Source: Nitrosopumilus sp.
GTDB lineage: Archaea > Thermoproteota > Nitrososphaeria > Nitrososphaerales > Nitrosopumilaceae
DNA length: 64,000 nt
Assembly: GCA_965203315.1 (NCBI GenBank)
Contig: CBDBCE010000004.1
Coordinates: 96,001-160,000 of the forward strand
Direction: 5' to 3'
This document shows, in pieces, positions 9,750 through 19,944 of this stretch. The first letter of the stretch is position 1, and the number at the start of each line of letters is the position of its first letter. A model generated the notes under the pieces. It was not told the DNA's origin. It saw nothing but the letters and a program-made list of their open reading frames with translations, and did no database searches. The position numbers and the translations under genes were made by a program.

Positions 9750-11660
9750 ATGTCTGATGGTTATCTAATTGGATTAGGAAACAACGATACAGATACACGC
9801 AGACGGGCAGATAAAGATTACATATCTTTTTGGAATAGAGAGGCAAAAGGGATTCGATGGTTTAAAGATTGGGACAAGACACTTGATTGGCAACTTCCAT
9901 TTGCAAGATGGTTTGTTGGCGGAACCACAAATGCAGCATACAACACACTTGATATTCATCAGAGTACAATACCTGACAAACCCGCTATCATATGGGAGAC
10001 CGAAGGTGGACAGTCTCGCATACTATTGTATTCTGAGTTGTTTACACGGGTCAAACGATTTGCAAATGTGCTTAAATCATTGGGAGTGACTAGAGGAGAT
10101 CGTGTAACGATCTATATGCCGATGGTACCAGAGCTTGCAATTGCAATGTTGGCATGTGCAAGAATAGGTGCAGTTCATACGGTCATATTCTCTGGATTTA
10201 GTGCTACATCTATAAGAGATAGAGTTCATGACTCTGGTTCTGAGATCATCATCACATCTGACGGTGGATACCGCAGAGGCAAGATAGTAAATCTCAAAGA
10301 TACAGTTGATACGGCGATCAAAGACTTGGACTCGGTTAGATGTGTAGTGGTACTAGAGTATACTGGAACGCCAATTACCATGACTCTGCGAGATAAACTC
10401 TGGTCAGAACTAGAGTCTGACGTGTCGGATATCTGCCCTGCTGAAGAACTAGATAGCAACCATCCATTGTTCTTGTTGTATACATCAGGAACTACAGGCA
10501 AACCAAAAGGTGTACTACACGGAACTGGAGGATATCTTGTACATCTATGCTCTACAATGCATTGGACATTTGATATCCAAGACTCTGATATCTTTTTCTG
10601 TACAGCTGATCTTGGATGGGTTGCAGGGCACAGCTATATACTTTATGCTCCGTTATTATGTGGCGGAACCACACTGATGTATGAAGGTGCACCCGACTTT
10701 CCAGACGAGAAGAGAATTTGGGAGATACTAGAGAGACACAGAGTTACAATCTTTTACACTACGCCAACAACACTACGAATGTTTATGAAGTTTGGTGATG
10801 ATATCCCGAGATCCTTTAATCTCGACTCGTTGCGTCTACTAGGAACAGTTGGTGAACACATCAATCCTGAGGTCTGGAGATGGTACTATGATGTTGTGGG
10901 TAAAAATCGATGTCCTATAGTCGATACATGGTGGCAGACAGAAACAGGTGGTATAATTATATCACCACTACCGGGTCTGGAGACAATTCCACTAAAGCCT
11001 GGATCTGGTACATTGCCGATTCCTGGCATAGATGTCGATATAGTCGATGATGACGGAAGACAAGTTCCTCCTAACACAAAAGGCTCACTAGTTATAAAAA
11101 ATCCATGGCCAGGCATGCTCTTGACACTATGGAATGATGACCAAAAGTATCGCGATGTATACTGGACTAAATATGAAGACTGTTACTATCCTGGTGACTA
11201 TGCACTACGGGACGATGATGGATACTTGTGGTTGCTTGGACGCTCAGATGACGTGCTCAAAGTTGCAGGTCACCGTATAGGTACAGCAGAGATTGAAAGT
11301 TGTCTGGTGTCCAATGATGCTGTTGCAGAAGCAGCAGTATGTGGTATATCTGATGAGATCAAAGGTGAAGCAATAATTGCATTTGTGGTCCTAAAACATG
11401 GTATATCTAAAACTACTGCACTAGAGTCAGAACTAGCTACAGATGTTCGTACCGCTGTAGGTGCGATTGCAACTCTAAAACAGATCTACTTTGTAGACAC
11501 TCTTCCAAAGACGCGTAGTGGAAAGATCATGAGAAGACTACTAAAAGCAATTGCTAGTGGTGAAACGATTGGTGATACAAGTACACTTGAGGATGGTATG
11601 GCAATAGATGAGGTCCAAAAGGTCTTTGATAATATGAAACAATCACTTGGACAATGCTGA
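9750..11660 (+). CDS. acs: Acetate--CoA ligase (acetyl-CoA synthetase family)
   Basis: YTSGTTGKPKG, DTWWQTETG, LPKTRSGKIMRR. Confidence 0.92.
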   Translation: MSDGYLIGLGNNDTDTRRRADKDYISFWNREAKGIRWFKDWDKTLDWQLPFARWFVGGTTNAAYNTLDIHQSTIPDKPAIIWETEGGQSRILLYSELFTRVKRFANVLKSLGVTRGDRVTIYMPMVPELAIAMLACARIGAVHTVIFSGFSATSIRDRVHDSGSEIIITSDGGYRRGKIVNLKDTVDTAIKDLDSVRCVVVLEYTGTPITMTLRDKLWSELESDVSDICPAEELDSNHPLFLLYTSGTTGKPKGVLHGTGGYLVHLCSTMHWTFDIQDSDIFFCTADLGWVAGHSYILYAPLLCGGTTLMYEGAPDFPDEKRIWEILERHRVTIFYTTPTTLRMFMKFGDDIPRSFNLDSLRLLGTVGEHINPEVWRWYYDVVGKNRCPIVDTWWQTETGGIIISPLPGLETIPLKPGSGTLPIPGIDVDIVDDDGRQVPPNTKGSLVIKNPWPGMLLTLWNDDQKYRDVYWTKYEDCYYPGDYALRDDDGYLWLLGRSDDVLKVAGHRIGTAEIESCLVSNDAVAEAAVCGISDEIKGEAIIAFVVLKHGISKTTALESELATDVRTAVGAIATLKQIYFVDTLPKTRSGKIMRRLLKAIASGETIGDTSTLEDGMAIDEVQKVFDNMKQSLGQC

Positions 11661-12188
11661 ATCTCTTATCTTTCGGAGATCAACTCCACACAATACATCG
11701 AACATCTTTTGTAGGCCGTTATACTCTGATCTAGACTCTTCATCTAAATCTGCATACTCGACATCTCGTACGTGTTCTAACTCTTTACTAGACTTGTTAA
11801 AGAATATCTCATATTTTGTAATCTCGTCATCGGACATTGCTTGTAGATCAAAGATTATTGTATTACTGCCAAGCAAATCCCCGCCTTCGTCATACAAACT
11901 AGTCGCTTCAAGTAAACCTGGAAATGTTGTTCCGTCAGATCGTTGAAATGTTATTCTACGATCTATAACCTTGCCTGTCTCAAACCATGCTTGTAGAGAT
12001 CTGTTCATGGATTCCCATGACTCTTTTGGAACGTGTTCGAATATGGTTCTTCCGAGAATCTCCGATTTGGCATATTTGAGGTGTGCCGCATACGTCGAGT
12101 TACAGTCCAAAATTATTCCAATAGAGTTTATTCTTCGCCACATCACTGGCGCATCTTTTAATGTTCTTCTAGCTCTGGTCTGAACCAT
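11643..12188 (-). CDS. Stand-alone PAS-domain protein
   Basis: GIILDCN...LKYAKSEILGRTIFEHVP and RSDGTTFP PAS/PAC pattern. Confidence 0.75.
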   Translation of the reverse strand: MVQTRARRTLKDAPVMWRRINSIGIILDCNSTYAAHLKYAKSEILGRTIFEHVPKESWESMNRSLQAWFETGKVIDRRITFQRSDGTTFPGLLEATSLYDEGGDLLGSNTIIFDLQAMSDDEITKYEIFFNKSSKELEHVRDVEYADLDEESRSEYNGLQKMFDVLCGVDLRKIRDSALSK

Positions 12189-12500
12189 TACTTGGCGAAT
12201 GCCGTCTAGATATATTTAGATACAGTTTACATGTCAACTAGTGTTTGTCGCCTATTGGGTGTGGTTTTGTGTTCTCGTCGTGGCAATCACATGAGCATAG
12301 GTATGTCTTGTGATTGTTCAAACAATCGATACACTCGTAGTGTCTTCTAGACTCACACGCTGCACAGATCATCGTATCTGTGTTGATCTTTTGTTATTTT
12401 TAAAAATTATGATAGATTTTCTACCGACATGATGCCAAGTTTGACTCTGATGCACCTTTGCTATCTTGTAATTACTCTTGATGAGTAGTGTTATCTTGCC

Positions 12501-12620
12501 GGATCTCTTCGATTTATGTGAAATGACGTTTCACAAGGCTTTTTTTACATAATTTTTCTCTATAGGCTAGTGCAGTGCTTTTTCTATACCCGTTCTCTCT
12601 CATGTACACCGAAAAGATCC
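12501..12620. mobile_element. MITE family A, copy 1
   Basis: Ends GGATCTCTTCG / CGAAAAGATCC; body homologous to copies at 45249, 55984 and 59958. Confidence 0.8.
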
Positions 12621-12768
12621 TTATGACGATCTAACATCCTACGATTTGTGCATATTCATCGACTCAATGTATACTCTAACGCAATAGATGCAGGGAGGGC
12701 GACGATTCCAATCACAAAAATCCTATGGATATCTTTAACTGCTTTGACTTGGAATCAATCTTTGACTC

Positions 12769-12910
12769 TAGACTATATGCGTATTATTAAGAGTGCTCAT
12801 GTCCGACCATCAAACATGACCACAACGAATCAATTTGCCTCTAGAAATCACATGTGTGTTTGATTGTGTCTCAAAATATGCACAAGACATAAGAAATACG
12901 CATACAGTCT
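12769..12910 (+). mobile_element. MITE family B, copy 1
   Basis: TIR TAGACT(A)TATGCGTATT / AATACGCATACAGTCT; about 142 bp body shared with five other copies. Confidence 0.85.
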
Positions 12911-13344
12911 TCTGCATCCTTCAAACAGTTGATGTACTCGTCATATAAAAATTCATAATAGTTGTCAGGCATCTCTAACCATCCCTGAAATTCTGTCTCT
13001 TTTTTTATTTCAGCTAGTTTTTCGCCCAAGAAAGGAACTCTGTGATTCAGGACTGTTTAATCTTATGCATGACAAAATAGTTGTTAATAGTAATACGGTA
13101 CTGACTAAAATGCCTACATGCCAGTATGTGAAAACACCCTCTTGGTCTAGTGTCGGTATGGAGAATCGAAGAAATATGGCAAGATAATTCCGGCAATTGT
13201 CATCACATTTGTTGCTTTTTTGTCAAATATTCGGATGATATGTTGTGTCGATCAAGCTGTAGTCTTAACTCCTCTAGAAATGTCTTGCCCATAGAACTAG
13301 GAGCAAGTACAAACATTGATAAGTTTAGTAATGAATATAGTATT

Positions 13345-13452
13345 ATGGGTAAAGTAGATTTGTCTAAAATCAAACCAACAAGTGTTGGTGGTTACTTGAA
13401 GAAATCACTTAATAAAAAAGAGGAATCAGAGAAGACTGATAAAGACAACTAG
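13345..13452 (+). CDS. Possible small basic protein (35 aa)
   Basis: MGKVDLSKIKPTSVGGYLKKSLNKKEESEKTDKDN preceded by AT-rich promoter-like sequence; no family recognised. Confidence 0.3.
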   Translation: MGKVDLSKIKPTSVGGYLKKSLNKKEESEKTDKDN

Positions 13453-13496
13453 ATACCAAATTTCCTAGTATCGCATACTGATAACGAGTTACATGA

Positions 13497-13674
13497 GGTT
13501 CTGTTCAATTGACGGGTGTTGCCATTTTTTGCACAAAATTCTTGAAAAATTTTGCAAAATATAGAAACGACATCATGTCGGCTATCGTAAATTGCTACTG
13601 TTTTGAGTCTCATATTGGGCGTTCTTTAAGATAACGTCATCATCCTCTCAACCCCCCGTCAATTGAACAGAACC
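13497..13674. mobile_element. MITE family C (IS6-like ends)
   Basis: Perfect 20-bp TIR GGTTCTGTTCAATTGACGGG / CCCGTCAATTGAACAGAACC; GGTTCTGTT resembles IS6-family ends. Confidence 0.8.
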
Positions 13675-13703
13675 CAATAAAGTTTCTGAGATTATCCTCT
13701 ATT

Positions 13704-13821
13704 GATCCTTTTCGGTTTGATATTGTCCTAGCGGTTAAATTTTACTAACACTTGCGATGCCGTTATGGAATCTTGTAGTGCTTTTTGTAACCATTCTATT
13801 CCATGTAGATCGAAGAGATCC
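13704..13821. mobile_element. MITE family A, degenerate copy 2
   Basis: GATCCTTTTCGGTTT ... ACCATTCTATTCCATGTAGATCGAAGAGATCC. Confidence 0.7.
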
Positions 13822-14095
13822 TTTGACGATCATACAACTAAAGATACTAAACTAAACATGTACAATGATCAATATGGATAGAGAACGTACTGCCGATTAT
13901 CAAACAACCAGAGGGATCTTGGATATACTTGATCATGATGTAGATGATATTATGGCCAAAAAATTAGCAGAAGAGATATTGGAAAAACCACCAAATCAAG
14001 GGTACTTGACAATATCAAGCGCATTGCAGTGGAGACTTCAATATGGTAGAATCATTAACAATACAGATACAATCTCTGGAATTTGGAGGTACTAG
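13822..14095 (+). pseudogene. C-terminal remnant of a type II restriction endonuclease (NspV-like)
   Basis: RTADYQTT and PPNQGYLTISSALQWRLQYGRII motifs; 5' part missing and abutting MITE A; overlaps the start of the methyltransferase. Confidence 0.65.
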
Positions 14096-15588
14096 AGATC
14101 GTGAAGAACATAAAAAGATGGCAGTTTGGTGACTATCAAACCCCACGAGATCTGGCAGATGAATCTCTAAAATATCTTAAAGGTGTTATTGATATTCATC
14201 CTAAAAGCATAGTTGAACCAACATGTGGTGTTGGAAATTTCTTACTATCGGCGGCGGATAATTTTACAACTGTGGACAAACTTCTCGGTCTTGATATTAA
14301 CAATGAGTACTTGACAAAACTATACACAATAGTTCATAGTAGATCTGATTCGGACAAGTTTATTCTACAAAATAGAGACTTTTTCAAGGTTGACTGGGAC
14401 GTACTGCTCTGTTCACTACCTAAACCAATTCTCTTGGTTGGAAATCCTCCATGGGTTACCAACTCTGACCTTGGTAAGGTTGGTGGATTTAATCTTCCCA
14501 CTAAATCAAATTTTCAAAAATATGATGGCATAGATGCGATTACTGGAAGATCAAACTTTGATATTTCTGAATATATGTTGATGAGACAGTTAGGATGGGT
14601 CACTAGATATGCAATCTGTATCACTGTCTTGTGTAAAATATCTGTAGCTAGAAAGATTCTGTACAATGCATGGCGATCTAAAATTCCAATAAAATGCAGA
14701 ATAGTTCATATCGATGCTATGAAACATTTTAGAGCAGCTGTAGATGCATGTCTGTTTATTATTCAACCTATGTCATGTGTGGATAAGCAGATATGTAATG
14801 TGTTTGCTAATTTTACAGACAAGGCGTCAATCCAAACTATTGGACTATACAATGATATCTTGTTATCAGACGCATCTGGTTTTCACGAAAATAGAGATAT
14901 CTTAGGCGTGGATCCAAACTTTGTTTGGAGATCAGGAATAAAACATGATTGTTCTAAAGTAATGGAACTGACTATAAACGATGGAGTGTTGTTCAATGGT
15001 TTTGGCGATACCGTAGATATTGAAAGAGATCTCTTGTTCCCACTTTTAAAAGGAAGCGACATAGGAAATGGTCGTACCATAAATACCGACAAAGTAGTAA
15101 TTGTACCGCAACGTCGAGTAGGTCAAGATACTAACCACATTCAACGTACATATCCCAAGACGTGGGAGTATCTTGTGAAGCATTTGAAATATTTTGAGAG
15201 TAGAGGTAGTAGTATTTATCGAAATAAACCACCCTTTTCAATATTTGGAGTTGGTGATTATACGTTTTCTAATTGGAAGGTTGCAATATCTGGATTTTAC
15301 AAGAAATTGAACTTTCGTATAGTTGGGCCAATCGATCATAGCCCTGTTGTCTTTGACGATACTGTCTACTTTCTTAGTCTGAATACAGAGCTCGATGCAG
15401 AGTCTATATCTGCACTACTCAACTCGACTACATCCAAAGCTTTTCTCGAATCAATGATACTGTGGTCGAACAAACGACCAATCACTAGAGATCTGTTAAA
15501 GCGTGTACACATAGGCAAGCTTGCTACAAAACTTGGTTACTCGATCCATACATCGCACGAAAACAAACTTGTTGCAGAGATCAAATGA
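14083..15588 (+). CDS. Gamma-class N6-adenine DNA methyltransferase (M.NspV-like)
   Basis: GDYQTP, EPTCGVGNF (motif I), GNPPWVTNS (motif IV), C-terminal TRD. Confidence 0.88.
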   Translation: MEVLEIVKNIKRWQFGDYQTPRDLADESLKYLKGVIDIHPKSIVEPTCGVGNFLLSAADNFTTVDKLLGLDINNEYLTKLYTIVHSRSDSDKFILQNRDFFKVDWDVLLCSLPKPILLVGNPPWVTNSDLGKVGGFNLPTKSNFQKYDGIDAITGRSNFDISEYMLMRQLGWVTRYAICITVLCKISVARKILYNAWRSKIPIKCRIVHIDAMKHFRAAVDACLFIIQPMSCVDKQICNVFANFTDKASIQTIGLYNDILLSDASGFHENRDILGVDPNFVWRSGIKHDCSKVMELTINDGVLFNGFGDTVDIERDLLFPLLKGSDIGNGRTINTDKVVIVPQRRVGQDTNHIQRTYPKTWEYLVKHLKYFESRGSSIYRNKPPFSIFGVGDYTFSNWKVAISGFYKKLNFRIVGPIDHSPVVFDDTVYFLSLNTELDAESISALLNSTTSKAFLESMILWSNKRPITRDLLKRVHIGKLATKLGYSIHTSHENKLVAEIK

Positions 15589-15851
15589 TCACAGTTTAAC
15601 AACAAATGATCTCTTTTGTCTATTCTGTATCTGCAGATTAAGACGTTTCTTGATTAGCAGATCACTACCTTCCTAGATTAGAGTCGTAAAAAATATTCAG
15701 TATTGTAAGAAATTATGAAATAGTGAAGTTATTTCTGCACATGACCTAGTCTTTATTGGGAAAATCTGATGAGGCGATATTTTGAGATGATCATTGTCAT
15801 TGCATTACATTTGAAATTATTAAAGTTTTAATCATTACTAAATGGTAAACA

Positions 15852-16913
15852 TCACAAATCAAGTGAATCTAAAATATCGTGTATGTTATTTGGACCGACT
15901 TTTACAGACACCGTCTTTTTAGTTTCGAGTATATCTGCTATATTCTCTGATGATGTAGTGCTGCGTTTGGTTGTGGTCTTGATAACTCGATCAATATTGG
16001 CACCGATCTGTGTAGCATCCGCAGATAGATCACTCTCTGCTCCTGAAAGAGGTAACGCAAGGGTCTTTTTTGCAGATAAAACACATTTTATCGCATCATC
16101 GATATCTGTGTGTTGATGTAGTAGAGGTGACAATGCGAGAGATACTCGTTCTGATTCTTGTGATAGCAGCGTCATTAGGATCAGATTATAGTTACGGTTA
16201 TCCATACAAAAGAAGTTGAGATCAATAGAATCTTGAATCATTCTGGGAATTATTCTGTTTATCATCTTTACCAGAGTCATCAATTCAGATTTGAGTCGAT
16301 AACAGATTATTATCTCTGTGTTGTATCCTTGTCTTATTGTTTCATAACATGCTATTGCAGATAGATCATCATATACCGCACAAACAGTATCTCTTTTATC
16401 TCCAAACGGAACACCTCCGTTTCCATCATCTATATAGATACAGACATATGCACTAGTCTTTGTCAAGTATGTGTATAGTCGCTTGTCATGATCATGAATA
16501 GTTCCTGGTCGAGCTCCGAGATTTGATCTCTTTTCAATAATACTAGATGTTGCCGCCATCTCTACATCTTTTGTCAGGAATCCTTTAGATACTCCTTCTA
16601 CTTGTACAACAAATCTTTCGCCACGTAACAACAAGTTACCGCCTAACGATGTTATTGTAGATACTATGTCGTCAAAGTTGTTGTTGGTCTTTCTTGTAAT
16701 GGCAATCTTTTGTATGCCAAACAAGAGGTTTATGGCAGACGACGCAAAGACGGGATCATTTGCGCGAACAATAATTATGTCTCCATCACGCTTTACTGTC
16801 TGAAACTTTTGATTCTTTAGTTTAAGGATCTCTTTAATGTTTGATATGAGAAGTGGAATCTTTTTCTTTGCAAACATGGTTGGAAATACTACCACATATG
16901 ATGTTTCATCCAT
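15852..16913 (-). CDS. THUMP-domain ThiI-like protein
   Basis: N-terminal THUMP-like region, GNGGVP motif, degenerate PP-loop region. Confidence 0.65.
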   Translation of the reverse strand: MDETSYVVVFPTMFAKKKIPLLISNIKEILKLKNQKFQTVKRDGDIIIVRANDPVFASSAINLLFGIQKIAITRKTNNNFDDIVSTITSLGGNLLLRGERFVVQVEGVSKGFLTKDVEMAATSSIIEKRSNLGARPGTIHDHDKRLYTYLTKTSAYVCIYIDDGNGGVPFGDKRDTVCAVYDDLSAIACYETIRQGYNTEIIICYRLKSELMTLVKMINRIIPRMIQDSIDLNFFCMDNRNYNLILMTLLSQESERVSLALSPLLHQHTDIDDAIKCVLSAKKTLALPLSGAESDLSADATQIGANIDRVIKTTTKRSTTSSENIADILETKKTVSVKVGPNNIHDILDSLDL

Positions 16914-17162
16914 GATACGTATAGTAAATCCCCGTTTATAACTCAGAATGGATATGTAATGTCTTGTTCACACCAGATCCATGTTTTATGTGATTTAGAA
17001 CGTAATCTATCATCTCCTAGTCATCTATGGGTAAGACTATCTCGAGCGACTAGAATCACATACTATGAGATCAAATCGGCTTGGATTATACCTAGATATC
17101 TGTTAGACGATCTTTCTATTGACACTTGTAAAACAGATTTATTCGTCATATGACATGTCTAT

Positions 17163-18029
17163 ATGTTGATTCATGATATTGATCTAGAGACGGTTAAAAA
17201 TTTCATACCGCCACGAAGGCTATCTTCTCGCAAGGGCGAGAACGGTTCAGTCCTAGTTGTTGGTGGTAGTTATATGTATCACGGCGCACCAATACTCTCA
17301 TCGATAGCAGCACTTCGTTGCGGAACAGATCTAGTGTATACTTGTGTTCCAAAGATCAATGTAACACCAACTCGTGCAATGATGCCAGATCTGATAGTGA
17401 TACCTCTAGCTGATCAAAAGCTTACGCGTGGAGCAGTAAACAAACTAGTTGGTGTACTACCTCGTCTGGATTCTGCTACAATAGGGATGGGTCTTGCGGT
17501 ACAGGAACGTACAGCACTATTACGTCTAATAGAGTCACTGCTGAATAGAGATATTCGTATATCTCTAGACGCATCAGCCCTTGTCCCAGAGATTCTTCCT
17601 ATAATTCAAGACAAGGGTGTTGTAGTTACACCACATGCAGGTGAGTTTAGACGACTCTTTGGTAGAGAGATGCCAAAGTCTAGAGACGAACAGATCAAAC
17701 TGGTAGAGAGTTGTGCTGAAAAGTATGGTATAACAATACTGTTCAAATCTAGAACCGATATCATCTCTAATGGTACTATGACATACTTGAATGTAAAAGA
17801 GACACCTGCAATGACTGTTGGTGGTACAGGAGACGTTCTCTCTGGACTGGTCTCTGGAATGTTATCGAAGAACCGAGATGCACTCGAGTCTGCAGTCGCG
17901 GCTGCGTTTGTAAATACTATAGCAGGCAGAGCAGCACAAGATAGGCTGGGTCTTCACATCACATCGTCTGATCTCTTGACCGAGATTCCAAATGCAATGA
18001 AACCATTTGATAGGATGATTTCAGAATGA
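17163..18029 (+). CDS. nnrD: NAD(P)H-hydrate dehydratase
   Basis: SRKGENG, VVGGSYMYHGAP, TPHAGEF, GGTGDVLSG. Confidence 0.93.
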   Translation: MLIHDIDLETVKNFIPPRRLSSRKGENGSVLVVGGSYMYHGAPILSSIAALRCGTDLVYTCVPKINVTPTRAMMPDLIVIPLADQKLTRGAVNKLVGVLPRLDSATIGMGLAVQERTALLRLIESLLNRDIRISLDASALVPEILPIIQDKGVVVTPHAGEFRRLFGREMPKSRDEQIKLVESCAEKYGITILFKSRTDIISNGTMTYLNVKETPAMTVGGTGDVLSGLVSGMLSKNRDALESAVAAAFVNTIAGRAAQDRLGLHITSSDLLTEIPNAMKPFDRMISE

Positions 18030-19366
18030 CTCCCTTTCAATACGTCGACAGAAATATGCCTAACATGATATCTGATCTCCAAGAGCTGATACGACAACCT
18101 AGCATCTCTGCGACAGGTGAGGGAATAGAAGAGTGTGCATTGCTTGTAAAAGAGATGCTTGAGAGACATGGTATCTCTACTGAGATACTACGTTTGGGCA
18201 AAGCACCGCCACTCGTGTACGGTCATGTCGAATCGAAACAGAATCCATCCAAGACGATTCTATTTTACAATCACTATGATGTCCAACCTGCTGAACCGCT
18301 TGAACTCTGGCAGCATCCTCCATTCAGTGGAACTAGATGTGGTAACAAGATCTATGGTCGTGGCGCCACTGATGACAAGGGCGAACTTGTAACTAGAATT
18401 AACGCGGTATCTGCTTGGCTCAAGACCACCGGTGATGTACCATGTAACATCAAATTCGTAATAGAGGGAGAAGAAGAGACTGGTAGTGTAAACATTGCCA
18501 AATATCTGAAGAGATATCGTAAGAGATTCTCATGTGGTGGTGTAATCTGGGAGTTTGGATATGTAGACGTAAAGAACCGTCCAATAATTGGTTTGGGCAT
18601 GAAGGGATTACTCTACGTCGAACTAGTGTGTCAGGGCCCAAAACGAGATGTTCACTCTAGCCTAGCTGTTCTAGTAAAGAATCCTGCATGGCGATTGATT
18701 GAAGCATTAAAGACACTCTATAGCTCTAGTGGTAGAATTCTCATCCGAGATTGGTATGCTGATGTTAAACCATTCTCTGCTCTAGAATTAGATCTGATAA
18801 GACGTGAACCATTTGATGCAGAAGCATTTAGTCGAGAGTTTGGTATAGATTCTTTTGTTGGCAACATGCATGGTCTTGCTGCAAAAAAGGCACTAGTTGG
18901 TAACTCTACATGTAATATAGCTGGTCTGATATCTGGATATGCCGGCAAAGGCGCAAAGACTGTCTTACCTTCTATGGCAACTGCCAAGATCGATTTCAGA
19001 TTGGTACCGAACATGGATCCAACAAAGCAGATATCTAGACTACGTTACCATCTCAAATCCAAAGGGTTCAATGATATCAAAGTACGAGTTCTCAATGCCG
19101 AGGCAGCTGCGCGAACCAGTCCTACTCATCCTCTAGTTGGTCATGTCCAGAGAGCTGCTGATTATGCCTTTGGTAGTTCAATAATCAACATATCCAATGC
19201 AGGAACTGGTCCCATGTCTGCATTTGTTGATATATTACAAGTGCCCTGTGTGTCTATCGGTAGCACATACCTGTTTGCGCGAATCCATTCTCCAAACGAG
19301 TTTGCTAGAGTTGATCTACTTAAAAAAACTACAAAGTGTATGTGCAAACTAGTCGAACTAGTGTAG
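18026..19366 (+). CDS. M20 family metallopeptidase/deacylase
   Basis: HYDVQP, GRGATDDKG, EGEEETGS, HSPNE. Confidence 0.92.
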   Translation: MTPFQYVDRNMPNMISDLQELIRQPSISATGEGIEECALLVKEMLERHGISTEILRLGKAPPLVYGHVESKQNPSKTILFYNHYDVQPAEPLELWQHPPFSGTRCGNKIYGRGATDDKGELVTRINAVSAWLKTTGDVPCNIKFVIEGEEETGSVNIAKYLKRYRKRFSCGGVIWEFGYVDVKNRPIIGLGMKGLLYVELVCQGPKRDVHSSLAVLVKNPAWRLIEALKTLYSSSGRILIRDWYADVKPFSALELDLIRREPFDAEAFSREFGIDSFVGNMHGLAAKKALVGNSTCNIAGLISGYAGKGAKTVLPSMATAKIDFRLVPNMDPTKQISRLRYHLKSKGFNDIKVRVLNAEAAARTSPTHPLVGHVQRAADYAFGSSIINISNAGTGPMSAFVDILQVPCVSIGSTYLFARIHSPNEFARVDLLKKTTKCMCKLVELV

Positions 19367-19774
19367 TATACGTGGAATCTTTTTGATCCCTTGTACTAGC
19401 GATATTCTTCCTGGACCTGCAACCATTATCAATAGAGATGCTGCAAGAAGGATCAGATCTAACTCTACCCCTCTATCTCCAACAATACTGCCTGCTCCCT
19501 TTACATGAAATATTGCTCCTAACATAATTATCGACAACAATGCACCAGAGAATCTACTCAAGACTCCTATGATCAATAATATTCCGGGAACTACTTCTGC
19601 TAACACGATCAACATCTGCATCTCTGGAGGCAGACCCAATCTGGGTAAAAATTCAGCAAACCCTGGATTGAGCTTTTGCATTCCATGCAAAATGAATATC
19701 ACTCCGATCGATGCTCTCACACCCATGAATACTGCATCATTGAAGATCTTTTCTTTTATCTCGGCTGTCGCCAT
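19358..19774 (-). CDS. DoxX family membrane protein
   Basis: FILHGMQK, four hydrophobic segments, GPGRISL. Confidence 0.88.
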   Translation of the reverse strand: MATAEIKEKIFNDAVFMGVRASIGVIFILHGMQKLNPGFAEFLPRLGLPPEMQMLIVLAEVVPGILLIIGVLSRFSGALLSIIMLGAIFHVKGAGSIVGDRGVELDLILLAASLLIMVAGPGRISLVQGIKKIPRILH

Positions 19775-19944
19775 AAACTGACTTGTACTCGTTGCTATTT
19801 ATCTCTATATCGTATTGCTGGTTGTCTAGTTGTCTGTATACTTGTCTGTGCACTTACCGTCTAGTTGACTAGACCTGTAAAGATATAGATCGTATATTCT
19901 ATGTAAGCCACAAAACAAAAATTCTAGGCATATCTGATACTAAT

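Noticed and set aside
12648-12863. 71-aa ORF sharing MRIIKSAH...NQFASRN with the ORF at 42161
   Set aside because: The shared peptide is translated MITE-B DNA, not a protein family.
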